Shown piece by piece: positions 12,256-25,662 of a DNA stretch of 59,964 nt. Every line of letters starts with the position of its first letter. The stretch's first letter is position 1. The position numbers and the translations under genes are program-made. The DNA comes from Catajapyx aquilonaris (lineage: Eukaryota): NCBI GenBank assembly GCA_000934665.2, contig KZ538599.1, positions 1-59,964 of the forward strand, written 5' to 3'. Under the pieces are notes generated by a model that saw nothing but the letters and a program-made list of their open reading frames with translations, had not been told where the DNA came from and searched no databases.

Positions 12256-14821
12256 TATTTGCATTGTGTATATAACTGGTGGGTCAAAGGGCAGAGTTCT
12301 GTTGCATTCACTGGCTTCCCATCCTAAAACTCATTGATCAGTCTCCCATTCCTTGTATAAGGCACACCAAGCAACTTAATGCAAGTGCATCCCAGTTGCC
12401 CCAAGCAGTTGGACCCATATGGACAATGGCAGCCGACCAGCGCTCTGTTCCTAGATCTTCCAAATTAGTGCCTGTAGGAATACATAATAAGCACCTATGA
12501 GAAGTTCTGCATAAGACTGCAAAATCCACAGATAAAATTTTGATAATATAACTATTCTCCACGTAGAACCAGAAAAGAACGAGAAAAATTTTACTGTCAC
12601 AATGAAATGCACTGGGAGTGCTCCAGTATATGATATTGTATGCTCATTATACCTTTCTTATTTACTGGCTGCTTGTCAGCATCACTTAAGGCAAAATATA
12701 CAGTAGATTCATTGGTGAAGCGTGATTTTTCCAAAGATAGTATGGGCATTTAACTTCAGCCATAAATAACTTATTTTCAAAAATTGTTTTATCCCAAGCA
12801 AATCTTTTAAGTTTTGTAGGAAAGTTTAATTATTGTGTCACAGAAATGTCTCATAATTATTATCATTCAGTTGTTATACCCTCCAAATAGCTTGTGTGAT
12901 CAAATTATTGATAAACCATTTAGAACGAACATGCCCACATTCAACTCAAACATCTAGCAGTAGGCTACTATGTTCACCTGCAGTCCACTTGCTGATAAAC
13001 AATAATGATGCAGGGAATGGAATAATATTATAGACCTACTTTTATTATTTATGTATGCAATGCCGTCCCAGCAGGAATCGAACCTAGAACCTGGTGCTCG
13101 AACTCATTTTATTACCGCATGAGAAGTCAACAAAATTGGTAGACCTATTTATTCACTTTAATACATGTAAGCTTTACATTTGGGTATCATCTTCCACTGG
13201 CTGTGTTTGAGAACACGCCTATTTGGAGTCTCTTGACCATGTCGACTTACATGTTGTTATTAGTACTGTACCAAAACGATAATAACAGTTTTGCTAATGC
13301 ACTACACAGGACGGACAGAAAGTTTCTTCTCACCTCCGAAGGATGTTGATATCTTTTAAGTTTAGTTTTAATTATAAATGGTATACTATGGCATATTCTG
13401 AAAGATTTCATGCCCACAAATGACTAATCTCCACATTGTGGCTAATTTCTTTTTGTTTCAGAAAGATGCGAAGTGAGAAGTAACAAATTCGAGATCCACA
13501 AAATTATTGCCATGAGACCTTCCTCCCCCTTCCAAAAGCCAACCATTTCACGGGAATAACAGTGGTCCATTATGTGTACCGATTATACTGTATATGCTGC
13601 AGTAATGTTAGTCTACTACTTACAGTTGCAAAAAGGTACAATGATGGCGATGATGATGTGTCAAATAATAATCAGTTTCACTTAACAATGACATTGAATT
13701 AAAAATTAAAGTTAAAATGTATAGGCATTATTTAGTTAGCTATCAGTATTGCATACAAGTGCAAATTAAAGCAGCAATGATTTCGGGTCTTTTCAAAATA
13801 AGCAGTTATGCAAGCAAGGATTTGATTGCCAAAAAAGGACGCAAATCCAGGCAAGAGGCTGGACACATAGTACTTTATTATTTGAACTAAAACCAGTGTA
13901 GATTTTTGAGACTCACATTTAACATTTCATGTATCATGCCTATGTTGTCAATGTGACAGTTTCTCTGCTTAAATTCATATAATATATAACAATCACAATT
14001 TTTATATATAACTTACGATATCTCCAAATGATTCTGAGGAATTAAGGCCATTTGGAAATTAACTTTTCATTTATATGTATGGATTTCGTGATTCTAGCGG
14101 AAACTTAATATGAATTACAATGATGTTTCAAAAATTGCTGATGTAACAATATATTTAAAAACCATATAATGGGGAGAAACTTATTTCCATCCATCCTGCA
14201 ATTTAAGAAAGTCGCATAAGCACAGAAATGCATACATTTTATTCATGTTTATGTGACATGCATATTAATTAAATAATAATTATGCTAATTTCTCAAAACT
14301 TGTTGATCTGACATGGGCGAAACTTTCTGTCAGCTTCCAAAGTTCTCTGGAAGATTTTACAACAGGCTTAAAACAGGTTTAAAACAAGAAAAGTAACACA
14401 CAGAAAATTAATATTTATATGCATTTTCTGGTTCAGTATGATTGAAATGAAATCGGAACAACAATGATATTTCAAAAATTACGAACGTTATAATGAAAGC
14501 CTTATGGATTACCTATACTCTGACAGACCTCATATCAACGAAGTTCAATGACATGCAAGTCTGTGCCACACATAATTATATAGTAAATAAACCATAATGT
14601 GCCAAGTGAAGAATAGAATCGCACTGACCTACTACTTGCCTTAAAATAAATTTGATTCAAATTAAAATACTTTCAGCAGCTGCAGCATTCAATTTAGATT
14701 TCTTTGCCTAAAAAGTGGCCCAATAGAAATGGGAAGGTACACTAAAATCATTACAAAAAAATTACTCCATATCTGATACTAGCCCTACTATACCACAATG
14801 AGCAAGTAGAAGCCAATGTTG

Positions 14822-17800
14822 TTAAAGTTTTCGCAATGCATCCATCAAAGCCTGCAAGTCATAGTTGATATCTCGCACCAGTTGCTCCACTTGTGGGCGA
14901 GAATCCAGTAACTCCATGTTTTGCGTGTAAGCGTTGTATCTCACCGAAAACGAACGTGGAATTGTCTGAGCATATTTCCTGGATTAAAAAATTCAAATTG
15001 ATAATTCAGATGGCTATGTGAATGAATAGAATTGGTACATACGTCATTCGTTCTTTAGCATCCTCAAAGCTATCAGCCACAAAGTACACAGGTTGGTACT
15101 GCGTGATTGGATAAGGCTGCATTGCAGTACGTGGGGGATCAAAGGCTCTCAGTTCAGGCTTCCCACTTAGGCAGTACTCCAGTTCACCGAAGGAGGACAA
15201 CAGACCCGCGCCATATGCCTTCAACTTACCATCTTGGCGGCACAGTCCGAACTCAACCGTGAACCAGTAGCACTGAAACACAATGTTCGCATATCTCACA
15301 ATAGTGTATATTGTTCATAAGGATCTCCCTATACTGCTTTATTCATATAGGAAAAGCGGTCAGGAAACTTTCGAGACTGGTCAAGATTGTACTTCGTGTG
15401 CAGGGTTGTCTGGTATATCAAAAGTGGTAAATGCAAAATAATGTCCAGTCACGGTCACTCACTCTTGTCCATGACAAATCACGATTGATGATTCCTGATC
15501 CTCAAAATGAACCTTACGCCTTACCGTTGCCAACTTTTCCACGTATTCGTCAGGGGCACCCAGAGAAGCCAACCCGATCTCCTGCGAGAATCTAGCAAAG
15601 GCTGGGTCCGCCAGGAGAGGCACATGACCCAGAAGCTCGTGACAGACGTCCGGTTCCGGTGTGTACAATGGAACAGAAGGATGGCGCATGTACTGGGTTG
15701 AATGAAACACCCGGAAGGCTAGGCCGGCCAGAAAGTCGCGTGATGACAGAAGACCAGCCACGGGACGAATTGTGTAGCCTGTACAATCTGTATACACGGT
15801 ATCAGAACCATGAAGTCTTGTTTAGGACGAAATTACTCACCCTTCAGGAAGTTGGACACGTCTTCCAGCTGTGGAACATTGTTCTCACGGTAACCGCAGT
15901 TTTCAATCAGCAGAGGAAACACATCGTTGTGCTGGCGACAGCCATGAGTTGGGTACAATTTGGTCAGGTTTCGAAACACAGCTGCCCATGTTTCGACCTC
16001 TTCAGGAGTGTACGTCACTCGTGGAACTGGCTGTCCACTGAAGATAAAACAGAACGTTTATGTCTTTCAAAATTCCTTTATTCACTTTAAGACTTACGTC
16101 CGATAGTTAAGAGCCAGGTCAGCGAAGTACTTGCGCCTGGCACGGTATTCAGTATCGGTGAATCCTGGGTGGTCCGCCTCCAGTTCGGACCCATAAGAGA
16201 GGATCTGATTGGCGAACTTGTCTAGGTCAACCATCTTCCTGGGAAACCATGGTACGGCGTCGGCATTGTCTCGGTGGTTCCTGGAGATAAGTTGCAAGTA
16301 GGTTGCGGATTCCCTGATTTCTTCCAGAGCTCCTCCAAGGTTTCCAGTACCAGAGTCGCATTCTACAACAAACTCCGAGTGACGACCTGGTGCACGTCGA
16401 GAAGGACGAGATTCGATGTGGACTAGGTTCACGCCGTGAGTCTGTCAATTTCGGATTAAAGTTCATCAGGAACAATTATTATTATGCCCTTGCACTTGTA
16501 CCGGGCGATAAACACGACGCATTCGGTGATATGCTATTCATCTGACCTCTTTGATAAGGTCATTGGCCCTCAAAAGGGTGCGCTTTCTTCTGCGCAGCTA
16601 AAATTGCAACATAATGTGGCAGCCTTGCGTCTTGATCATGCGACAACGGGAAAGTAAGCTACACGGGTCAGCTTCTTATCTAACTGCTGAAGGCTGAGGA
16701 CACCGTTAAAATGTGCAGAAAAATTGCCATGATGCAATCACCAGATTATCTACGTAACTGCATTCAGAATTGTTGTTGCTTCATCACGGGTTATTACTGG
16801 TTTATTGGTAAAAATTTATGTCAATCATGTTCGCAATGCGAACTGAGTGCAAAACAACGTGACCGATTTGCTCTTTGACTCCTATTGGTTGCCAAGGGAT
16901 TACTAAATCATAAAAATTCTAGAAAGTAGATTTCCTCTGGCAGTAGCTGCGCTGATAAGTTTTATGAGGGGATATAGCTTACCAATAACAAGTTGGCGCC
17001 AGAAATATCTACGTCATATACGTAGAAGACAGTAACACACTACGGTAATACCAGTGTTATTGTATGACACGTACATTTTTAGTAAAACATCCAAATTATG
17101 GCAGCAGGTCACTCTGATAATTTTATTCCCTATTTTATTTTTTAAAATACCATATTGGAACTTCTTCGATAAAAATTATAACATGCTTACCATTATTTAC
17201 CATTTATATTTGAGATTCGGGTTGTTCACAGCATTTAAAAAACAACTAAAAGGTCAACTGATGCACTCGCCTTCAACACTATATATTCTCATTTCGAGTG
17301 GCATGTCTCATTTCTAGTGACCTTGCTGCTTATTATGGAATTTGGAATACAGATCACTTATTTGTACAGAGAAACATTCCAGCTGTTCTCCTTCAACAGT
17401 ATTTACAGCTGCATGCTTCCCCAAGAACACGCTGATAAATCTCGTCCCCGGAAATACTGATTGGACGCAAGATCCCCCTTTCTGCTGCGTCAGTTCAGGA
17501 GAAGGGCAAAAAGTAATCGCATTTGTGACACCCTGATTATTTCGAGTGTGACAAGCCTTGATTAGGATATCTCCCTTCATGTTCAGGGTCACACAAAACA
17601 AAGTTTTGGAACATGACGAAAAAATGCTGGGAAAAAGCCAAAAGAAGGGTCAAGTTCAGCAGGGAACACTTGGGGTCATCAAATGCGTGAAATACACCTC
17701 CACCATTGCAGAGAACGTCCTTGCACATTTTTTCCCACCCATAACAGTCTGTAAGGGTCATTTTTGTCAGAAATATTGGTACAACTCACCTCGAAGATCC

Positions 17801-18194
17801 TAAGTGCACATGCCAATGCCCCAACGTCCTCTTTCAGGCTGAAGATCAAGCAGGTATTCCTGGCCGAGTCTCTTCCTTCTTGAATGTAGTTTCCCTCAAC
17901 AAAGAACGGCTGTGGAGAGCAAGGACGATCCATGTCGCCAATCGGAAGTCAAATTGCATTTTTCCGGAGCGTCATTGCATATATATCAAAAATCCCCCTC
18001 TCCTCCCCCTCCCCCAAAGGATCCATCCCAAACACACCCCCTACTGGCGTCATCCTCCTCATCATTGGAGAGAGGACAGTAAAAGGACAATGTGACGCAA
18101 CAGGTTTAATCCATTTTGCTACCAACAAAGAAAGTCTCACCTTGTCATCTGGACGTCTTCCGGATGTCACAACCATGTCCGTATCCGTGGCCAT
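14822..18194 (-). CDS. PAH: Phenylalanine-4-hydroxylase (Henna/PAH), 454 aa; exons 18194-18141, 17909-17790, 16441-16098, 16037-15841, 15787-15525, 15272-15043, 14978-14822
   Basis: ACT domain ([23 protein letters not shown]), [59 protein letters not shown] (Fe ligands), [21 protein letters not shown]; all six introns GT-AG with consistent phases, total 1365 nt. Confidence 0.96.
16557..16569. promoter_or_regulatory. Ecdysone-response-element-like IR1 in PAH intron 2
   Basis: AGGTCA-T-TGGCCC, one mismatch to RGKTCAnTGAMCY; motif match only. Confidence 0.3.
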
Positions 18195-18688
18195 TTTTCG
18201 TGCAGATGAGATGGATGCTGCTGAATCCGGAGATGTCGACTTATCAACTGGTGGCGTCTTTGATGGTGAGGCACAAAGGTCGCGCGCATCCTAGAAGTGG
18301 GCAACAATGGCCGCCCCATCTTCCACCAATGCCATTAGGAGTTTGTACATATCATGCGCTGGAAAAAAAATGCCGGGTATATGTATAAAAAAGTGACCCT
18401 CTTCTGACGATTCTATTGGTCAGAATGCTTTCATTGCTGCACATTGGCGTCCATATGAGCCGCCTTTTCTTTTCTTCCTCTTTGACGGATCAGAGGTCGA
18501 GGAGACCACGAGCTGGGGGTGACTCGATTAGGTCGTGATTACGTTTCCCAAGTCAATATGAAGGTTGCAGATGTAGCTTACTGTATGCGAGTCATTCATA
18601 GGGCTTTAGAGGAGTTGTGCATTTCCTTGCTAGGAATTATTATATGGAGCATCGCATCCTGACCTAACCAAGAAATGAAAGTGATTTA

Positions 18689-18696
18689 TATCGATA
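18689..18696. promoter_or_regulatory. DRE (DREF site) upstream of PAH
   Basis: Perfect TATCGATA about 500 bp upstream of the PAH start codon. Confidence 0.35.
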
Positions 18697-19132
18697 CTGT
18701 GTTGATATCCAATTCTCAGTAAAAAATAGTCCAATGAACATTCACAGGAAGAGAGCACAGCATCTTTCGTATGATGAATAACTTGGACACACCCAGTTAT
18801 TTCACATAGGTGATGCTGTCGTTATTAGGGGGGCGGCATGTAATTTAATTTTCACAATAATTTTCATACCTGATAGTATTGCTGTAAATGCAGCTGGTAA
18901 AAGGTATCACAACCATGAATAGCCAAAAAGGTGCAATTAATTAATTAAATTACTTTCACTATTTCCACCATCTTCTCGAGGTTTGTGGACATGCAATAGC
19001 GTAGGCCCTATTCATATTAAAATAGTACATAGTGATTACGGTATTATTTTAGAAATTAAATGAAAGAGGTCATACACAACATCATATTGAAATTATTGAA
19101 GATAAAATTATTAGTATCAATGAATGTAAGTA

Positions 19133-19421
19133 CAGGGACGGTGTTTCTCTGCCCAAGTTGAAGATAACGGGAGGGAAGACGGGGAATAGTTTGTGGTTTA
19201 TTCACTTCTGGCGATGTGTTAGGGTCTCCCGCCTTTACCTGTTTCCATGCCGCCGACTTCGGCGGCATGCAAACAGGTAAAGGCGGGAGACCCTAACCTT
19301 GTGCCGAGATTGGACATGCATTCGAATGCAGGCGAGATGTAATTAATACTGTATACAGTATTCATCAATCTTTCCCTGTTTTGCTACTTCGGGTCTTCAA
19401 CTTGGACAGAGAAACACCCTG
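19133..19421. mobile_element. Tc1/mariner-type MITE containing an internal 80-nt near-perfect hairpin
   Basis: Imperfect TIRs CAGGG(acg)GTGTTTCTCTGCCCAAGTTGAAGA / TCTTCAACTTGGACAGAGAAACACCCTG; TA on the left flank. Confidence 0.75.
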
Positions 19422-20118
19422 AATAAAGAATAATTAATAGAGATATAAACTAATAACGAATAACCGAAATAATATGATGAAGTTACTTCATTATACATAC
19501 CGTATGTGTAAAAAAAACTGTAGTTAACATAAAACTTATAGTGGACCTATTATTGCAAAATATTACTTTTTAATTCGAAGGCAAATGTGTACAATATTAC
19601 ATGGAAATATTATACAGAACCGATGGAGATTTGACTGTGAACCAAGTGGAGGTACGGTATTATTTATTGCTTGTCCCCTGACAATACACTATAAGATTGA
19701 AATGTTTCAGGAAGTTATAGACCAATGCAATTGATGCATTTAGGACTACCGCAGGCAGAGTATCCCAAATTATCATGTTCAGGATTAATGAATCTGACAA
19801 TGAACTGGCAGTAAATGTGACATACTGCTATACACTTTGATGCGCGCTTCGATGACTTCCACAGGGTGGTCAGTAACTACCAGATTAGCTTCAGAGATAG
19901 TGCAATCCCTTGGCATATACTTTCTAAAACCGTCATAAACCGGCTGCGAGGCATTATTATAGGTACGGCATGGTTTTGTTAGCTTGGTGTGAATACAGGG
20001 TATTTCTTACCAGTGGGATTTTCCGCCGCCAGAATGCAAAGGTGTTTGGTCGCCTGTATATGTCGTTACTAGTGTATGGGATATTCTACTGCAGGTAATA
20101 ATGAGTGGCTGAGAAGCA

Positions 20119-20346
20119 GAGTGGTTCATGTCGAAAAAGATAGTTTTGATATAAACGCATGCAAAGTTCTAGGCTTGCCTTTGCAGCCATGGTAAAAGTA
20201 AGTCACACCAGGTCACACTAACTTAATAATTTGATAGCAAATAATTATTACAAACGTCTTTAGGCCAAGTTACAAAACAGAGTTGGGCATGGGGAATGCC
20301 ATGCAAGCGACAACTCAAAATTGCCGAATTTCGACATGAACCACTC
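20119..20346. mobile_element. Short MITE with perfect 18-bp TIRs (GAG termini)
   Basis: GAGTGGTTCATGTCGAAA ... TTTCGACATGAACCACTC; no clean TSD. Confidence 0.7.
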
Positions 20347-21873
20347 AGACACTCATATGATCCGCAAGCAGGAATTGTTAGATGTGTGGTGTGATATACA
20401 GGATATTTCCTATATTGTATACACTACGACTTGCGCAATGATGATCTGCAATTAATTGCATTATGAAGCCTCTGAACCAAACATAATATTGTTTTATTTA
20501 AATGTTTTGTAACATTATAAATTCTCTCACGGAAATGACGGCTTTGCCTTCTTTTTATAGTTTCATGACGCTGGTTCCTGTTATTTATGTAAGCATATGT
20601 CTTCTTTCGTCATAGAGTAGGCCGAGAAATCGTTCTACCTAATCCCAATCCCGGGGCTATTTTTTTTTGCTTTCCTTCTTTCATGGGTCATGGCAGTAAC
20701 ATTTCTAAATGCTTTTTACATGTTTCCACAATGGAGGTGGGGTTTGCATACCGTGACATTCGTCACTCTCCCTACACCAAATTATGATCCCCTCTATGCA
20801 TCCCACTCCTTGCAAAGTAGTGGGACTCACTGCATTGAGAAACACATTGAAATAGTACTGAGGTCAGCTGTTTAGACGTATCTTGACAACTCGCTTTTGC
20901 AACAAAAAACGAAGGCAAGAGCAGTTACTGGAACTAGTCCAAATGAATAGCAAATCGCTGGTACCTATACATAAACAAAACTTCAACACCATTATCAAAC
21001 ATGGTAATATAGGCCTACTAGTTACCAAACATATCTTGCTATTGCATATTGATGCGTCAATGTTTGCCTTAGTAATCACAAAAACAAACACTACCGCCAT
21101 AGTACTGGAGGTCTATGACTTTGGTAGGCTATACTATAGATGGGCAAAGTATCGGTGATATTTTCCTTAAATGATCAAAACATGATATGCATGTTATTTT
21201 CCTTAAATGAGCAAAACATGATAATTATGCGTGTTGTGCAGCATGTAAATCACATGGTCACATTCTACATACTAAAGGCCGTTGTCTCTAAGAGATTACA
21301 GCAAATACTGAACGCAAAATCGCAATGACACTTTCAATCCGTCTTGAACACGTTTTGTAAGGATTCAAACTATATAGTTGCATTCCTGGGTTATCGAGAT
21401 GAGAGGCTTCAAACATAATGTTTTTTAAAAAATCCAGGCAAATATGAATAGTGACGAGATAATATCATGTTTATGTTACATTAGCATGCAAAAGGGTGCG
21501 TCATCTTAAGGGTTATACCAACTCCCAACCCTTCCTTGCTGCATGGGTCGCCTGATGCACAGGATGAAATCCCCCCCCCCCCCACCCCCTCCCAATTACA
21601 TAAGGTACTTATGTTACTGAATTACCTTGAATATGAGAAATCACCTTCAGGGTCAGTTCCCTGATAGTCAGGTCAAGCTAGCTGTTTTGAATATTCAATC
21701 AATCAATCAATCAGTCAATTTATTTTACCTCATAGCATCGGCACAATGAGGGAATTTTGAATATTCAATTAATCAATAAACTTTTTATTTCACCTCTCCA
21801 CTTAATAGATTTTGACAAGGGATTGCCAGTATTTTCTTCAGGTTGTGAACTTGTTCCACTTATTTTTATAATT

Positions 21874-22220
21874 TTTTTTTTAACGTTACCCCGTGCTAGG
21901 GCCATGGGCCCTTATAGGGGGGTGGATTACCACCATTTTCCTTCAATTTTCTTATTATTTTCTTCTAACACCGGTGCAAGGATGAAAGGACAAGAGGTAA
22001 GGATAGGGATTTTCGGGGAGGGAACATGGGTGCAAGTGCACGTCTGAAAACGGGTCATGTGCTGTTCCCCAGGAGGTTAGGTTGCCAGACACCTCCTTGG
22101 TGCAGGTCAGAGACCCTCCTGACGCAGGTGAAAGGAAAGTTCCCCAGGCGGGGATCGAACCTGGGGCCTTTCACACAGCAAGCCGAGACGTTACCATCAC
22201 GGCCACCACACCTCCCCACT
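21874..22220 (-). mobile_element. tRNA-derived SINE (family A) with poly(A) tail and 17-bp TSD
   Basis: Minus-strand head GGTGGCCGTGATGGTAA (A box) ... GGTTCGATCCC (B box); TSD cacttatttttataatt at 21857-21873 and 22221-22237; homologous to 25305-25662. Confidence 0.9.
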
Positions 22221-22416
22221 CACTTATTTTTATAATTGGGCTCATATCCGCATCAATGGAAAGGATCTGATGCATTAATAAAATCTAATAACATAACCTT
22301 ATCACACCTACCTTTTAAAAATCCTAGAAATCTCACTTTTCTAGAAGTAGCTAAAATGAACTTATGCACCTCAAATTTTCTTCATTTTCATTAATCTGTC
22401 AACAGTACAGTATAAT

Positions 22417-23210
22417 ATTATCACAAAAACTAATTCCCTACGGAATTGTAAAAAAAGGAAAGTAAGATCCAAGTAACGGATAGAAATTACTGAAACAAGA
22501 CTGGACTGCGTAAGATCTTCAACCTTATGGATAAATGTAACCCAGAGATCTTACTTCCGCATTTTGCACAATAATTAGATTTGTATCATGGTGATGATCA
22601 AAGCGTCTTTGGCTTATTAGCATTAGAATGGCTGATGGACAATCTGTGGACCATTAAACATTCAAGCTACTCAGTAAATCGATGAACAAATTAATTAATT
22701 CAAGGATTATATTTATCCTTTATCTTTATTAAATATATTATATTATATTACATATTACATCATATTATATTACATATTATATCATTATATTACATATTAT
22801 ATTATTATATGTGAATTATTATAATGGGAAACATTTAACCTTCCAGCCACTCAGCTAATCGATGAACCAATTAATAACATTCTTTATTTTTATCGTTTAT
22901 TCTTATTATCATATTATTATTTTATTATTATATTATATTATTATTATAAGCATAAAATAATATAATATAATAATGGTCCACAGATTGGCTTATTAGCATT
23001 AGAATGGCTGATGGACAAAGCCGCTTTGATCATCACCATGATACAAATCTAACTATTGTGTAAAATGCGGAAGTAAGATCTCTGGGTTACATTTATCCAT
23101 AAGGTTGAAGATCTTACGCAGCCCAGTCTTGTTTCAGTAATTTCTATCCGTTACTTGGATCTTACTTTCCTTTTTTTACAATTCCGTAGGGAATTAGTTT
23201 TTGTGATAAT
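22417..23210. mobile_element. Foldback-type element: ~240-bp inverted arms around an AT-rich (TATTA)n spacer
   Basis: Arms 22417-22656 and 22971-23210 are near-perfect reverse complements (attatcacaaaaactaattccctacgg.../...ccgtagggaattagtttttgtgataat). Confidence 0.88.
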
Positions 23211-23271
23211 TGCAGCTATTTTTTGACAAAGTAACCTGAACATGCAGTTATACTCATAGGATGGTATAGAC

Positions 23272-23571
23272 CAGAGGTTCCCAAACTTTTTGAGTCGCGC
23301 AGCACTTTTCAGCAGAGATATTCGTGACGGAGCACTAACGTCATCGACGGCGTAAGCATAAAAAAATTCTGAGGGGGGGGGGGGCGCCAAATCAGTAAAT
23401 GGGAAGGCGAGGGACAAAAGGGCGCCGCAGGCGAAAAAATTCGGGTTCACGGTCACGGCAGCTACTGATAGATTTAAATGGGTATATAGCTTATTGAAGA
23501 ATTCCTTTTCTCCCCACCCTCCTCGTGGAGCACTTGGAGAAGCTTCGTGGAGCACAGTTTGGGAAACTCTG
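23272..23571. mobile_element. hAT (Charlie-like) MITE, 300 bp
   Basis: TIRs CAGAGGTTCCCAAAC / GTTTGGGAAACTCTG; 8-bp TSD gtatagac / gtatagag. Confidence 0.88.
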
Positions 23572-23877
23572 GTATAGAGAGAGGAGCGGATACTTACATC
23601 TTGGGCGGGGAGAATATTTTCTTGGTCGGTTTTATTAAGGTTCGTACACAGCTGAGAGGAGAGTGGAGATAGAGTTTATGGAGATGTTGAGGTGGCAGGC
23701 AGGATTGTCAGGAAGTGTTGAGAGTGGCAACGACTTTTGTCATATAAGTTCTGGACCTAGAAAAGGCATGGTGGGAATTGTCCTGGTACAGAGAGAGGAG
23801 CGGATCCTTACCTCTTGGGCGTCGGAAAGATTTTTTTGGAAGGGGTTAAGGTTCGTACACAGTTGAGAGGAGAGAGA
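23572..23877. repeat. Diverged direct duplication of ~90 bp (23572-23663 and 23786-23877)
   Basis: gta.agagagaggagcggat.cttac.tcttgggcg ... ttaaggttcgtacacag.tgagaggagag occurs twice. Confidence 0.75.
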
Positions 23878-25157
23878 TGATTTCTGATTAGTTTTATCTT
23901 GTGAAAGATGGCTGCTTATAGTTGGTTGCTTGGTTAATTTCTTTCCGACCAAATTTCATTATCACAAGTCCCTTCTTCATGACATCTGTCTAAGTTCTCA
24001 AATGTATAAGGTGGTTAGAAGTGATTATTCGCTACCCGGCTGTACCCAGGACCCACCACGTGGAGGTGGTCGCGTTGTTCGGGTCCTATACCCATGCCCA
24101 CTCAATCACTTTCCCATGTGGACACAAGTCTCCTCAAAATACTACTCTAGTATTGCAGGGACAAGAAATAAGATCACGGCCTCTCTCATCATCCTGGTAC
24201 ATGATGGTGAGAGAAAGGGAAGAAAGTCGGTTATTGGGAGTGAGAATAACACTAAAGTCATATATCATACGGGCGTCGTATGCCTATGTGGTAAGGGTTG
24301 CCGTTCGAATCAGCGGGAGGAGAAAGGGGGCAACACCAAAGTCTTATACTGGTTGGGCTAAGTATACCGGCAAGGACGAACCGCAGGGGTTTACGTAAGG
24401 GGGTAATCACTCGACTGAAAAGTGTACACTGGAGTATCAAATTCAAGGAGTACCACAGAGTAATAAAGAGTGAGGTGCCTGAGGAGTACCAGGGAGTACC
24501 ACTCCCAGGTGTACACCGGAGTACCGAAGTGATTACCCACTTGGGTTTACGAAGCCTGCGTGGATTATAAATGCATTAACTTACCAAAATCAAGATAGTT
24601 TCAGTTTAGTTAGTTTAAGTGGTTGAAGGGTGCAGGGGGACTGATGACACGAAGATCGAATGGAATTCATACGAACATGATAGAGTTATCGTATCTAAGA
24701 CAAATTCAATAATATTTGATGGTTGGCAACAACACAGTCATAATCGAGTCACTCAACTGTTGACCTAAGGAGGATACCGTGGAAACTGAATTAAATATAA
24801 TAACAAGTTGAATGAATAAAATGTTTATTTAATAATAATGTAATGAAAATAAGGTAAGGCATATATTTATTTAAGCAGTTAGCGTACGTAATTCCGCATA
24901 AAGTGTAGAGATGATATTTACACAAAATAATATTCTAAATAATGTGTGACTATTGTCCCACATGGATTCCAGTTACACGCATTGCTGCTCATAATGAATT
25001 ATTCATTTATAATTTTATTTCGGGGTTCTATTACGTCCTTGGGTTTTTTGTGTAGGGGATCGGGCACTGCAGCACGTCGGGCCGGATACGTGTTCAAAAT
25101 ATGATGGCTGTACTTGCAACGGTTTTTGAGATATGCTTGACAGAAAAACGTCCTCTG

Positions 25158-25201
<44 letters not shown>
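25158..25201. repeat. (AAC)n microsatellite
   Basis: Direct reading. Confidence 0.95.
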
Positions 25202-25304
25202 GGAAAATTTTCATTGTTGTTTTTGCACGAGGATCTTACTTATAGGGACTATCGTCCCTACAATAAATAATAAATAACAAAGGCATTAATGAAATGATCA
25301 TTAC

Positions 25305-25662
25305 GGGGGAGGCACGGTGGCCGAGATGGTAACGTCTCGGCTTGCTATGCGAAAGGTCCCGGGTTCAAATCCTCACCCGGGAACAAACCTTTCGCGTCAA
25401 TGGGTCGTGACCCGCGCCTAAGGAGGCGTCTTGGCAACCTGACCTCCTGGGGGACTACACCTGGCCCACCGCTGGACAATGCACCTGCACATGTGTCCCC
25501 TCCCCAAATCCCCAACCCTTACCCTATTTCCTAGTAATCCTTGCACCGGTGATTCGAAGAAAAACTAATTAGAAAACTGTATGGTGGTCTACCACCCCCC
25601 GAAAGGCCCATAGAGGGCCATCAAGGGGTACGAAAAATAAAAAATAAAATAAAATAAAAATA
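25305..25662 (+). mobile_element. tRNA-derived SINE (family A) with A-rich tail and 17-bp TSD
   Basis: A box GGTGGCCGAGATGGTAA, B box GGTTCAAATCC; (AAAAT)n tail; TSD aatgaaatgatcattac at 25288-25304 and 25663-25679. Confidence 0.92.

Noticed and set aside
17910..17933. ORF-track start MDRPCSPQ as the PAH N-terminus
   Set aside because: This segment is the pyrimidine tract and acceptor (ccttgctctccacag) of intron 1. An upstream exon at 18194-18141 has a better start context and an in-phase AAG|GTGAGA donor. Use as an alternative start cannot be fully excluded.
25305..25380. Functional tRNA genes at the SINE heads (also 22140-22220 and 49213-49290)
   Set aside because: Each is followed by a SINE body and tail (with TSDs for the two family-A copies), and the cloverleaf pairing is broken.
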